Shown piece after piece: positions 51,273-64,000 of a stretch of 64,000 nt of DNA. The translations under genes and the position numbers were made by a program. The stretch is from Haliotis rubra (Eukaryota): the NCBI RefSeq assembly GCF_003918875.1, contig NW_025767588.1, forward strand, positions 372,001-436,000, read 5' to 3'. Each line of letters starts with the position of its first letter. Position 1 is the first letter of the stretch. Below the pieces are notes generated by a model. The model was not told where the DNA came from and searched no databases. It was given only the letters and a program-made list of their open reading frames with translations.

Positions 51273-51900
51273 TCAACCATGGTGTCCGCCTCCTCCATGA
51301 CCACCTCCTCCATGGCCACCTCCTCCGTGACCACCTCCTCCGTGGCCTCCTCCATGGCCGCCACCTCCTCCGTGACCACCTCCTCCGTGGCCTCCTCCAT
51401 GGCCGCCACCTCCATGACCACCACCATGGCCGCCGCCTCCATGACCACCACCATGGCCGCCGCCTCCATGACCACCACCGTGGCCTCCACCTCCATGGCC
51501 ACCACCACCATGGCCTCCACCTCCATGGCCACCACCACCATGGCCTCCACCTCCATGGCCACCACCACCACCATGGCCTCCGCCTCCATGGCCACCACCA
51601 CCATGGCCACCAAAGACGGAGCCAAGGAAGACTGTGAAGAATGTAAAGAAACAAATACGTAAGTGGTCATATATATGACAGGACAAATGACCCATACAAA
51701 ATCCCGCTACCAATCACGATACATGATTAGACCATGGTAAACACTTCCCCAATCATAAGGTTGTCAACATAATTGTAAAGCCACATTAAACTCATCAATA
51801 GCTACTACATTTGATCATTAGGAGTTTTAGCAATGAGAGATGTCAACAGATGAGAAAACTTACCCAAGACTACGACAACTGCAACGTTAAGAATACGCAT
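51273..51900 (-). CDS. Gly/His protein copy 5, join(51900..51864,51631..51273), 131 aa
   Basis: Intact. Confidence 0.9.
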
Positions 51901-54129
51901 CCTGCCTGTTACGTTTATCCACGAGAGAATAAACGATTTGAATGTCGCTTTTGTGATTCACCAGACCTTTATATACTTGTGGTACGGGAAAACAGGATGC
52001 TGAATGTACATGCCCACACTGGAAGATTTTAGAAATTAAAATTCCAAAAACACTTTTTACAACTATACAGCGTGAAAAGTGAATCTTTATTATGTAATTG
52101 GGCACGGGACGGTGTCGCCTGCCTCTCTATATTATGCATATCTTCCTGCATAATTATAAAAAGCAAGCTGTGGATTTGTGACCTCACCTGGCACCCTGTG
52201 GCCAGCTCACTGTTGGGAAGCAATTCAGACTGCATGGTTCATCCAATGCAATTGCAGCTACAGAGGAGAACTGAAAAAATGAATGGAGAGAGAATGTATA
52301 AAATGGACGATAAATGTTGAACTTCACTATTGCGTTAAGTGCAAGTACTGAGTCTAGTGTGCTACCGTTACTGGAGTCAAGAACGTTCAGCAACGTATGA
52401 CAAACACTAGATGTTTAATGGCACAGGTTATGGGAAGCAAATTATTCATTTTTCATGATTATACTTAATATGAAGTGGCGTGTTTCAAGTTAAAGATATA
52501 TTTTCAAAATTGAAATTCCTACCTTTTTATTTCAAAATCACATTGCCTTCTAGAAACGCTTTCCTTTTCTCTTATTAGCAAATGTCAAATATATCTATTG
52601 GTAACCGTAAGCTCAGGTAGTGCAACAGTTACAAATCTCCCATCTCTTAAATGAAAGAAATCTCATCCCATGTCCCCAGGCATTGATGCCACCGATAGCT
52701 ATCATGACACGGTCACGGAAGTTGAGGCAGCATGGGCTCGCTATGGCGCCCGAAGTATACATTTGGGTAGACACACAAAAATACAGAATAATACCAGCAG
52801 AGTGAAAGCTCAGGACATGTGCACTCACCGGGCACACATTTTCGGTTTCCTGGCCTAAAACACATAATTGTTTTTAGGGAAATCATGTCAACCCTGTCAT
52901 CAAACTCTCTCATTTAACTTCATAGAGTGTGTTTTCTTGATAGCGTTTGTGTACGTTAGTGTACTGTGTAGGTGTGTCAGGTTTGTGTGTATGTGCAAGT
53001 GTATATTTGGGTGTGAAAGTTCAGGTTGCGTGAAATGTTATTTGGCTCAAACCTTACAAAATGCTTAAATGTAATTCAGTTTTCTGAAGAGTCGAAAACG
53101 AGCAGCTCTTGAACACCACACGTGGACATGACGACACTAAATGATCAAACGAATACATGGTGTAAGCACTCTCTCAACAGGAACATGTACGTGGTGATAG
53201 TTTACAACAGGCACTGGCGGGTGCAACTGACAATCTAAACCCTTGTATCACCTCTTGATGATAGCAGGTCGTTAACAGGCATTGAATGGATATATACGCA
53301 AAGTATGGCCTGAAAGCCACGATAAAACACATATGTTGACTAGGTAACCACTTCCTTTTCGGGTAGTGGAAGTTGAACACACCAACACCAGTTCCGCACC
53401 AAATGTCACTTGCTTGAACATATCTCTGCAAACATTCGGCCAAAGTCATTGTGTTAAAAAAGACTGCACTAAATATTGAAAAAGTATGGTCAGTTTTATT
53501 CACCGAATGAATACACTTTTAACAAACACAAAAATCATCCAATCACAGCCATCAGATGATTCTGCCTGCACTGAAGGCTCCCTAGGAAGAGTTCTTAAAT
53601 GACGGGATCTGATTTGGTGTAGTATAACTTCTTGGCCTTCCGGGTCATAGTAAAATTCAGGGGAGGTAACTGCGGTATAGGGCCTTCTAAGGGGAAGTCT
53701 GTTTACTTGAACATTCATATTGTGCTAGACTCTTGAAAAAAGAACCATCATTTATATTTGGTTTTGGCCCTTTTATGTAGAACGTGTCGTTGCACGGCTG
53801 GAAATCAGCACTACCACACAAGCTCCTGTTGTTATCTTCAGTGCATGATTGCACTGACACACGTGTGTCACCTTTCGATTGGACGGTTTAAAATATAAGT
53901 TAGGTGGACGCCACCTAACCATTCACTCGCATGGTTCAAAAGTAAGTCCTGAATTAGGATTGTACTTGAAAAATATTAAAGCAAAGAAATCATTACAGTA
54001 TAAATCACAGCTTTATTTGTACTTGTTGAGGAATATACAGATTGGTTGGATGCAGCATGGTAAGTGAAATCCACAAATGTGATATCAAATGTCCAGCATT
54101 TGATGTGAATATTATGATCCTTGGATCTT

Positions 54130-54727
54130 TCAACCATGGTGTCCGCCTCCTCCATGACCACCTCCTCCATGGCCACCTCCTCCGTGACCACCTCCTCCGT
54201 GACCACCTCCTCCGTGGCCTCCTCCATGGCCGCCACCTCCATGACCACCACCATGGCCGCCGCCTCCATGACCACCACCATGGCCGCCGCCTCCATGACC
54301 ACCACCGTGGCCTCCACCTCCATGGCCACCACCACCATGGCCTCCACCTCCATGGCCACCACCACCATGGCCTCCACCTCCATGGCCACCACCACCACCA
54401 TGGCCTCCGCCTCCATGGCCACCACCACCATGGCCACCAAAGACGGAGCCAAGGAAGACTGTGAAGAATGTAAAGAAACAAATACGTAAGTGGTCATATA
54501 TATGACAGGACAAATGACCCATACAAAATCCCGCTACCAATCACGATACATGATTAGACCATGGTAAACACTTCCCCAATCATAAGGTTGTCAACATAAT
54601 TGTAAAGCCACATTAAACTCATCAATAGCTACTACATTTGATCATTAGGAGTTTTAGCAATGAGAGATGTCAACAGATGAGAAAACTTACCCAAGACTAC
54701 GACAACTGCAACGTTAAGAATACGCAT
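54130..54727 (-). CDS. Gly/His protein copy 6, join(54727..54691,54458..54130), 121 aa
   Basis: Intact; in-frame 30-nt shorter than copies 4 and 5. Confidence 0.9.
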
Positions 54728-56954
54728 CCTGCCTGTTACGTTTATCCACGAGAGAATAAACGATTTGAATGTCGCTTTTGTGATTCACCAGACCTTTATA
54801 TACTTGTGGTACGGGAAAACAGGATGCTGAATGTACATGCCCACACTGGAAGATTTTAGAAATTAAAATTCCAAAAACACTTTTTACAACTATACAGCGT
54901 GAAAAGTGAATCTTTATTATGTAATTGGGCACGGGACGGTGTCGCCTGCCTCTCTATATTATGCATATCTTCCTGCATAATTATAAAAGCAAGCTGTGGA
55001 TTTGTGACCTCACCTGGCACCCTGTGGCCAGCTCACTGTTGGGAAGCAATTCAGACTGCATGGTTCATCCAATGCAATTGCAGCTACAGAGGAGAACTGA
55101 AAAAATGAATGGAGAGAGAATGTATAAAATGGACGATAAATGTTGAACTTCACTATTGCGTTAAGTGCAAGTACTGAGTCTAGTGTGCTACCGTTACTGG
55201 AGTCAAGAACGTTCAGCAACGTATGACAAACACTAGATGTTTAATGGCACAGGTTATGGGAAGCAAATTATTCATTTTCATGATTATACTTAATATGAAG
55301 TGGCGTGTTTCAAGTTAAAGATATATTTTCAAAATTGAAATTCCTACCTTTTATTTCAAAATCACATTGCCTTCTAGAAACGCTTTCCTTTTCTCTTATT
55401 AGCAAATGTCAAATATATCTATTGGTAACCGTAAGCTCAGGTAGTGCAACAGTTACAAATCTCCCATCTCTTAAATGAAAGAAATCTCATCCCATGTCCC
55501 CAGGCATTGATGCCACCGATAGCTATCATGACACGGTCACGGAAGTTGAGGCAGCATGGGCTCGCTATGGCGCCCGAAGTATACATTTGGGTAGACACAC
55601 AAAAATACAGAATAATACCAGCAGAGTGAAAGCTCAGGACATGTGCACTCACCGGGCACACATTTTCGGTTTCCTGGCCTAAAACACATAATTGTTTTAG
55701 GGAAATCATGTCAACCCTGTCATCAAACTCTCTCATTTAACTTCATAGAGTGTGTTTTCTTGATAGCGTTTGTGTACGTTAGTGTACTGTGTAGGTGTGT
55801 CAGGTTTGTGTGTATGTGCAAGTGTATATTTGGGTGTGAAAGTTCAGGTTGCGTGAAATGTTATTTGGCTCAAACCTTACAAAATGCTTAAATGTAATTC
55901 AGTTTTCTGAAGAGTCGAAAACGAGCAGCTCTTGAACACCACACGTGGACATGACGACACTAAATGATCAAACGAATACATGGTGTAAGCACTCTCTCAA
56001 CAGGAACATGTACGTGGTGATAGTTTACAACAGGCACTGGCGGGTGCAACTGACAATCTAAACCCTTGTATCACCTCTTGATGATAGCAGGTCGTTAACA
56101 GGCATTGAATGGATATATACGCAAAGTATGGCCTGAAAGCCACGATAAAACACATATGTTGACTAGGTAACCACTTCCTTTTCGGGTAGTGGAAGTTGAA
56201 CACACCAACACCAGTTCCGCACCAAATGTCACTTGCTTGAACATATCTCTGCAAACATTCGGCCAAAGTCATTGTGTTAAAAAAGACTGCACTAAATATT
56301 GAAAAAGTATGGTCAGTTTTATTCACCGAATGAATACACTTTTAACAAACACAAAAATCATCCAATCACAGCCATCAGATGATTCTGCCTGCACTGAAGG
56401 CTCCCTAGGAAGAGTTCTTAAATGACGGGATCTGATTTGGTGTAGTATAACTTCTTGGCCTTCCGGGTCATAGTAAAATTCAGGGGAGGTAACTGCGGTA
56501 TAGGGCCTTCTAAGGGGAAGTCTGTTTACTTGAACATTCATATTGTGCTAGACTCTTGAAAAAAGAACCATCATTTATATTTGGTTTTGGGCCCTTTTTA
56601 TGTAGAACGTGTCGTTGCACGGCTGGAAATCAGCACTACCACACAAGCTCCTGTTGTTATCTTCAGTGCATGATTGCACTGACACACGTGTGTCACCTTT
56701 CGATTGGACGGTTTAAAATATAAGTTAGGTGGACGCCACCTAACCATTCACTCGCATGGTTCAAAAGTAAGTCCTGAATTAGGATTGTACTTGAAAAATA
56801 TTAAAGCAAAGAAATCATTACAGTATAAATCACAGCTTTATTTGTACTTGTTGAGGAATATACAGATTGGTTGGATGCAGCATGGTAAGTGAAATCCACA
56901 AATGTGATATCAAATGTCCAGCATTTGATGTGAATATTATGATCCTTGGATCTT

Positions 56955-57565
56955 TCAACCATGGTGTCCGCCTCCTCCATGGCCACCTCCTCCGTGACCA
57001 CCTCCTCCGTGGCCTCCTCCATGGCCGCGGCCTCCTCCATGGCCACCACCTCCTCCGTGGCCTCCTCCATGGCCACCACCCTCCATGACCACCATGGCCG
57101 CCGCCTCCATGACCACCACCATGGCCGCCGCCTCCATGACCACCACCATGGCCGCCGCCTCCATGACCACCACCATGGCCTCCACCTCCATGGCCACCAC
57201 CACCATGGCCTCCACCTCCATGGCCACCACCACCACCATGGCCTCCGCCTCCATGGCCACCACCACCATGGCCACCAAAGACGGAGCCAAGGAAGACTGT
57301 GAAGAATGTAAAGAAACAAATACGTAAGTGGTCATATATATGACAGGACAAATGACCCATACAAAATCCCGCTACCAATCACGATACATGATTAGACCAT
57401 GGTAAACACTTCCCCAATCATAAGGTTGTCAACATAATTGTAAAGCCACATTAAACTCATCAATAGCTACTACATTTGATCATTAGGAGTTTTAGCAATG
57501 AGAGATGTCAACAGATGAGAAAACTTACCCAAGACTACGACAACTGCAACGTTAAGAATACGCAT
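56955..57565 (-). CDS. Gly/His protein copy 7, join(57565..57529,57296..56955); frameshift ~57080
   Basis: Same gene structure; most divergent repeat order, one apparent Arg codon. Confidence 0.72.
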
Positions 57566-58299
57566 CCTGCCTGTTACGTTTATCCACGAGAGAATAAACG
57601 ATTTGAATGTCGCTTTTGTGATTCACCAGACCTTTATATACTTGTGGTACGGGAAAACAGGATGCTGAATGTACATGCCCACACTGGAAGATTTTAGAAA
57701 TTAAAATTCCAAAAACACTTTTTACAACTATACAGCGTGAAAAGTGAATCTTTATTATGTAATTGGGCACGGGACGGTGTCGCCTGCCTCTCTATATTAT
57801 GCATATCTTCCTGCATAATTATAAAAAGCAAGCTGTGGATTTGTGACCTCACCTGGCACCCTGTGGCCAGCTCACTGTTGGGAAGCAATTCAGACTGCAT
57901 GGTTCATCCAATGCAATTGCAGCTACAGAGGAGAACTGAAAAAATGAATGGAGAGAGAATGTATAAAATGGACGATAAATGTTGAACTTCACTATTGCGT
58001 TAAGTGCAAGTACTGAGTCTAGTGTGCTACCGTTACTGGAGTCAAGAACGTTCAGCAACTTATGACAAACACTAGATGTTTAATGGCACAGGTTATGGGA
58101 AGCAAATTATTCATTTTTCATGATTATACTTAATATGAAGTGGCGTGTTTCAAGTTAAAGATATATTTTCAAAATTGAAATTCCTACCTTTTTATTTCAA
58201 AATCACATTGCCTTCTAGAAACCCTTTCCTTTTCTTTATTAGCAAATGTCAAATATATCTATTGGTAACCGTAAGCTCAGGTAGTGCAACAGTTACAAA

Positions 58300-59187
58300 T
58301 CTCCCATCTCTTAAATGAAAGAAATCTCATCCCATGTCCCCAGGCATTGATGCCACCGATAGCTATCATGACACGGTCACGGAAGTTGAGGCAGCATGGG
58401 CTCGCTATGGCGCCCGAAGTATACATTTGGGTAGACACACAAAAATACAGAATAATACCAGCAGAGTGAAAGCTCAGGACATGTGCACTCACCGGGCACA
58501 CATTTTCGGTTTCCTGGCCTAAAACACATAATTGTTTTAGGGAAATCATGTCAACCCTGTCATCAAACTCTCTCATTTAACTTCATAGAGTGTGTTTTCT
58601 TGATAGCGTTTGTGTACGTTAGTGTACTGTGTAGGTGTGCCAGGTTTGTGTGTATGTGCAAGTGTATATTTGGGTGTGAAAGTTCAGGTTGCGTTAAATG
58701 TTAGTTGGCTCAAACCTTACAAAATGCTTAAATGTAATACAGTTTTCTGAAGAGTCGAAAACGAGCAGCTCTTGAACACCACACGTGGACATGAGTGCCC
58801 TAAACTATGAATTATAATCATTAACTTATTTTGAACCGAACCCCGATAACAAGTTGAAAATCTGTAAGACATCGCCAAGGCCAGACATCTCACAAAGGCA
58901 ATGAAGAGCGTCAGGTGAGCTTCAAACGTTTGAACTATATCAGCCAATGTCGTCAAACACAAATGCACATCACTGTCTTGGAATCCTTCCAACATTAAGG
59001 CATTCATCGTCATCAAGGAGAGAGTGTCGATTACAATATCCACAAAATTGAAGTAGTTCAACTGTCATGATGACCTTGAATTCATTTTGGAAAGAACATA
59101 TACGTTTATCGAGTTTCCAATAATGCCCAGTAAACACAGTGCGATCCCAACACATATACATACTTTTGTGAAGTATACAGATCCCAT
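58300..59187 (-). pseudogene. Rhodopsin-like (class A) GPCR pseudogene, intronless; 3' part duplicated in every array unit
   Basis: TM1 CVGIALCLLGIIGNSINVYVL, in-frame stop at 59065, TM2 NFVDIVID, TM3 LTLFIAFVRCLAL (DRY-like); weaker TM6-like AFTLLVLFCIFVCLPK near 58420-58473. Confidence 0.7.
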
Positions 59188-59589
59188 GATGCTGTGTGTG
59201 CTGAGCTGTGCGTTATATATACAAACTTCCTTTGTTACAGAACGTATCTTCATACTTCCCGAATGTACACATGCCTGGTGTGTTGGCTGAACGATCAACT
59301 CTGCGCCGTGCCTCGTTGTATGCACAAAGAACTTAATTAAGCCCTCCTTATATATTTGCAATGATAGGTTTTCAACACGTACATAAAACTTCTCGTGGTG
59401 ACCATATGATCCTTTGACTCATACAAAACGAGAAAATGATTGGAATCCATGTTGACGTTATGGTGATAAATGCTCATTTTTAAAATAAACCACTGATGTT
59501 ACAAAATCAAGGCTGTACACGTATGGCCCTAGAATGTTTAATGTTGAAGTTATTGGTGAATGTGTTTATGTGTGTATTTTGTTTCCCAA

Positions 59590-60480
59590 ACATAATTTGA
59601 TCATGTTGTTTTCACACCTTCCATATGGGTCATGTTCCTTCAGATAGCCCCATATGTCAACACAGTGGAGAAGCTGACAAGGACAGTTCACGTTGTTGGC
59701 GTTTAAAAAGTTCCTTATGACAATGGTTGTACGAGGGGTGACATTGTCCTGTTGAAACAATATACGTCGGTGCTGCTGGATGTGAGGTGAGGTGAGGTGA
59801 GGTGAAATTGGGTTTAACGTCGTGCTTGAGAATAGTTCGCTCATATGACGACGTGCATGCGTGTGTATGTTTATGTGCGGCTGCTTGTACTAGCCCAGAC
59901 TTAAGCTGATTTTATAGTGCTAGCCCACTGAGATACCATGCCGCAGTGAAGCATGAATACCCCACTCAGACACATTATACTGACTCGAGCCGACCAGTCC
60001 TTGTTGTACCCATTAATGCCGAGCGCCAGGCAGGGGACCAACAAGTACCATATTTTAACGTCTTTTGGTATGACGCGGTCGGGGATCGAACCCGCGACCT
60101 TCCGCTCTCCGGGCGGACGCTCTAACCACTGCTGGATGTAGTAGAAGTAGTCTCAAAAGTCATCGATATGAAACAACCAGACTGTTCCCACAAATAAGTC
60201 CCCAATTTATCAAACAATATCACGTTCACGGCGCTGCCCTTGGACACGTACAACGCCATCACATTTGTTCAGTTGAAACCTGCTTTTTTATCCCTGCATC
60301 ATCTCGATCGTCTACGACGATGTTCATGCTTCAACGTAGTGACCTTGAACCACCGACAGGCTCTGAGACGGAGTCGTCTGGACAATGTCCTTCTGTTGAT
60401 TGTTAAACATTATATCATACAATGTGCGTTCTTTCCCCACCTGAAGTTGAGACTTTTCATGACAGACCTGTACATTTGAC
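59590..60480 (-). mobile_element. Degraded Tc1 transposase remnant interrupted by a SINE
   Basis: SRFQLNKCDGVVRV (DESRF...DGR-like) and ILFQQDNVTPRT...FLNANNV (FQQDNARPH-like). Confidence 0.7.
59784..60128 (-). mobile_element. tRNA-headed SINE, full length
   Basis: Head gtggttagagcgtccgcc...ggtcgcgggttcgatcccc; (CACCT)n tail; 11-bp TSD ctgctggatgt (59773-59783 / 60129-60139). Confidence 0.85.
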
Positions 60481-61689
60481 CTGCACGTTAGTATGATGTT
60501 CATCAAACAATGTGTCACTCTTATTTTGCATGAGTTTATGTTCATTTGAAGTCAATATATATGATGACCTGAGACCTTCACTCCCACCAGGTTGAAAAGT
60601 TTCAATGGGGATTGATGGCAGGGTAAAGATGGTTGGTTTGACGTGGTATTAACTGAGCCACCGATCTTCCGGACTCTCTACTAGACCACAGAGACAGTCA
60701 GTAATGAAGGAGTAACCAATGGCAGCTTTGTTTCATGAAACAATATGCATCAGGTAACACACGAAAGGCAATGTAATATCCGATGCTGCTTTTTCCCATT
60801 AGGATCGCGTATCTTGCAATCATTATCATGGGGAGTAACGTACATGAAGTCATAGCTTAGAAGCATGAAATGACAAATAAATAAAACTGATAACAGTAAT
60901 TGATTAGAATATTTATTAGCATATTACAGGAGGATATGAAATAAATACATATATAAACCACGTTTCAGTATAACAAAATGTAAACGCCAGAGAACAATCA
61001 GCCTCGATTGTCAGAAAGGCCAAATAGCGGTGAAAGAGATACTGAATCATGAACACATGCTTTTAAAATTATTAAAATCGTACACTGGAATGTGATTTTG
61101 GCAGAGATATTTTATAGATCCATTTGTTCCTTTTAGTCATTTGGCTATAGAACATAGCAAATATAACAGTGTCGAAAAATATTCTGTGAAAAGATTTATG
61201 TCGGATGTCTTTCATCCCCACGATACTGGATGTATGATATTATCTACCAGCATAAATCCTGGTGTAAATACTCCCACTGTCAGTTGTCTCGCTGATGCTG
61301 CTTTAATTAGACCCTGTAATCACCAAATGCCAATCAGCGATGAACAAAGTTATAATCTATCGAGTGTGTAGTCCTCAAAGAGCAAATTTTGAATCCACGA
61401 ACAAATATCATTGTTAGATACCTTCAAACTTCAAGATTTTTCCCATATTCATAAGAAATGCAAGCCAAATTCCTTGTAATATTCTGTCTACTCATGCAAT
61501 TTACCATGAGCTTGTGTTCACGAATCACCCTCAAATAATGACGACACAAGGGCCAACATCAACTTTCTTCTGATATCAAATACTATATCCACCTATTGAA
61601 GTGAACACGATATATACTACCGGGTAAGATAAAGTTATCACTTAAAAGTAGTTGCAAACCCAACCAGAATTGTTCGAGAATACCTGCAC

Positions 61690-61940
61690 GTTAATGTTAA
61701 CGTCAACGTATTGCCTTTTCCAGTGCATTCTCCAGACATGAGCCCCATTGAACATTTCTTGGATCATCTTCATCGTCAGCTGAGACAGCAGGTACAACCT
61801 CCTGCGAACCGACAGGAACTTGAACAGTCTCTCTTGAACTTACGGAACAGGATTCCTGCTGACGTCATCCGCTGACTGATGACGTCATTGAGGACGACGT
61901 GTTGGCGTGTATGGATGCCCAGGGTGGTCACACTCTCTAT
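61690..61940 (+). mobile_element. Tc1 transposase C-terminal remnant
   Basis: VLPFPVHSPDMSPIEHFLDHLHRQLRQQVQPPANRQEL...IPADVIR. Confidence 0.75.
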
Positions 61941-62199
61941 TGATGATGTGCGCCCTGAGTCCTGTCTCATTTTGTGACTATTTATGCACTATTGGAATGA
62001 ACCCCGAATTGTGTAAATTCAATTTTGACCCCTTGACTCTGGACTGCAAAGCATTTTCAATTATATCATTGGAAAATGATATATGTTTGCACAATAATTA
62101 TCATAAATTTTTGTATCTCTGTTGGTCGGTGAAGTCGGTGATAACTTTTACTGCCTTGTAGTTTACATATCGGAAACATGAAGAATGTCAATACACACA

Positions 62200-64000
62200 T
62201 AAATCTGAATAGGTAGAAAATACATTTAGATGGTATTAAATACCCATAAAACAAATATTTAATGTGCAATAAAAATGTTAAAATAGTATCATGCACCAGT
62301 AAAGCAATATGTATGCATGAAAGATATCAAATAGAGGCAATTCCAAATATGAAAGCGATTAAGATATTTAATATGCATTATACATGAGCTAGATTCAAGC
62401 CATAAGACGGATACCTGTAAAATGATCACACTGAGTGTGAAGTAAATCCATTCAAATATCAAAAGGTAATGAGTACACTAAAAAATTTAATGCACCTTTT
62501 ATAGCTACGAAGGGGTATTAAATACCAATCATATTAATTACGAATAAAAAGAAGCACATCAAGTATGCAAGATAATAGACTCAGTTATACAGTCTATGTA
62601 ATATCAAATTGTAATGCATACCTATAACACAATATCTTCTAATATCAGAGTTATAATTACCAATCAAAGATATCAAATAGTGTTTATTAACAAGAAAACT
62701 ATTAAATGTGGATTAAATATCAAACAGATTTCGATTTAAGTCATAAGACGAGTGTCGATAAAATATCAATATAAATATGAAGATAATCCATTCAAATATG
62801 AAAGGTAAATAAAATCCCACTCTGCTTAATATGATTTAATTTCATCTTTTTTGGGTACTATTTACTCATGAACATCACATTTAACATTTAACTTATGAAG
62901 AAAATATGATTTATATATGAAAGATACAAAAGATGTTAGTAAAAAGATCACCGTGAACATGCAGTAAATCCATTTCAATATCAAATTCTGACAAATATCC
63001 ACAAAACAATTATAGTTAATGTACAGTAATCAATTTTGTAAACACCAATAAAACTTGTCGCTAATAATGTTGTAACTACAGGTATTTTCTAATATCAAAT
63101 AGTATAAAATCGAAAATTCCACGTAGATACACAGTACAATACTTTTTTACTAAAACAAAACCCTATTAGGCATGATACGATTCTCAAGTAGTAGTTATTA
63201 CCCAATGAACACCTCATTTGTTGTGAAGGAAACGTTGTTTAGATGTGAAATATACAAATCATGACCCATAAAATGATCACTGTGAATATGCAGTACATCA
63301 TTCTCTATATCAAATTGTAATGTATATCCTTTAAATAATAAGATTTAATGTATAGTATACTGTTAAACTGAAAAGTCTTGGACAGCAATGCGATCACACA
63401 TTGATGTTGCGATCACACATTGATATCTTGTAATTACATATATTCTTTTATCAAACAGTATTATAACTGTCATTTAATAAGTAAAATAGATATCGGAAGC
63501 ATAAAAGAAAATCAGATTGAATATAACATAACTCCATTTCAATGGTATTAAATAACCACAAAACACTTAAGTAATGTACAGAAACATTTTATGATATTAC
63601 ACACCAGTGTAACAATATATATCAAAGATATTAAATAGTGTTTATTACCATCAATATTAATTTGAAGTAAGTCCCATTTAAACATCAAAGGGTATTAATT
63701 ATTAATGAAGCAATCACATTCAATATTTGAAACACCCTTATACTTATGAACGGGTATTAAATACCAATCTTATTCAGTACGAATAAAACACATCAAGTAT
63801 GCAGGAAAATAGACTCAGATATACAGTCTATATAATATCAAATTGTAATGCACAACCACATAACAATAAAATTAAATGTACAGCAAATTGTTTTTCGAAT
63901 AGTGGTAGATAGCAATGCAAGATCACGAAGACAATGTTGTAACACCATATATTCCAATATCAGTCTTACAATTACCAATCAAAGATATCAAATAGTGTTT
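62200..64000. repeat. Degenerate AT-rich tandem repeat region
   Basis: Recurring aatccattcaaatatcaaa, aaagatatcaaatag and ggtattaaatacc motifs; 62512-62630 recurs at 63752-63860. Confidence 0.65.

Larger units (their letters stand above)
37430..58794. repeat. Tandem segmental array, ~2.85-kb unit, ~7.5 near-identical copies
   Basis: Exon-1 anchors at 37585, 40441, 43301, 46149, 49009, 51864, 54691 and 57529; right breakpoint at cacacgtggacatga|gtgccc. Confidence 0.97.

Noticed and set aside
60060-60128. tRNA gene
   Set aside because: tRNA-like head of a SINE with body, tail and TSD; no complete cloverleaf is evident.

Overview
Eukaryotic (invertebrate) genomic DNA. The SINE-like repeats look molluscan, possibly abalone-like; this is from recollection and is not verified. 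There are four parts. (1) 1-2477 is the 3' half of a DIRS tyrosine-recombinase retrotransposon, with its ICR and right terminus intact. (2) 2563-36758 (+) holds the last 23 exons of a large cadherin-repeat gene (~1,940 aa, 18 complete EC repeats). It is built from a reiterated 4-exon/3-EC module. Every third linker lacks Ca2+ ligands, and the ORF stops with no transmembrane segment. Its introns carry SINEs, MITEs, a Tc1 relic, splice-site-derived minisatellites and a 7.3-kb nest of DNA transposons. (3) ~37430-58794 is a near-identical tandem array (~2.85-kb unit, ~7.5 copies). Each unit carries a complete two-exon minus-strand gene that the ORF track does not assemble: TATA box, signal-peptide exon, GT-AG intron, exon 2 and AATAAA. 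It encodes a secreted ~120-132-aa precursor whose mature part consists only of Gly and His ((G3-5H)n, ~79% G / 21% H). An eighth, broken copy of the promoter and exon 1 sits in front of a different, pseudogenised exon 2. The right breakpoint of the array cuts through a class-A GPCR pseudogene. (4) 58795-64000 contains the GPCR relic, Tc1 and SINE remnants, a possible TIR relic and a degenerate AT-rich repeat. Single-base indels, mostly in homopolymers, occur in the DIRS, cadherin and Gly/His ORFs and probably include sequencing errors.
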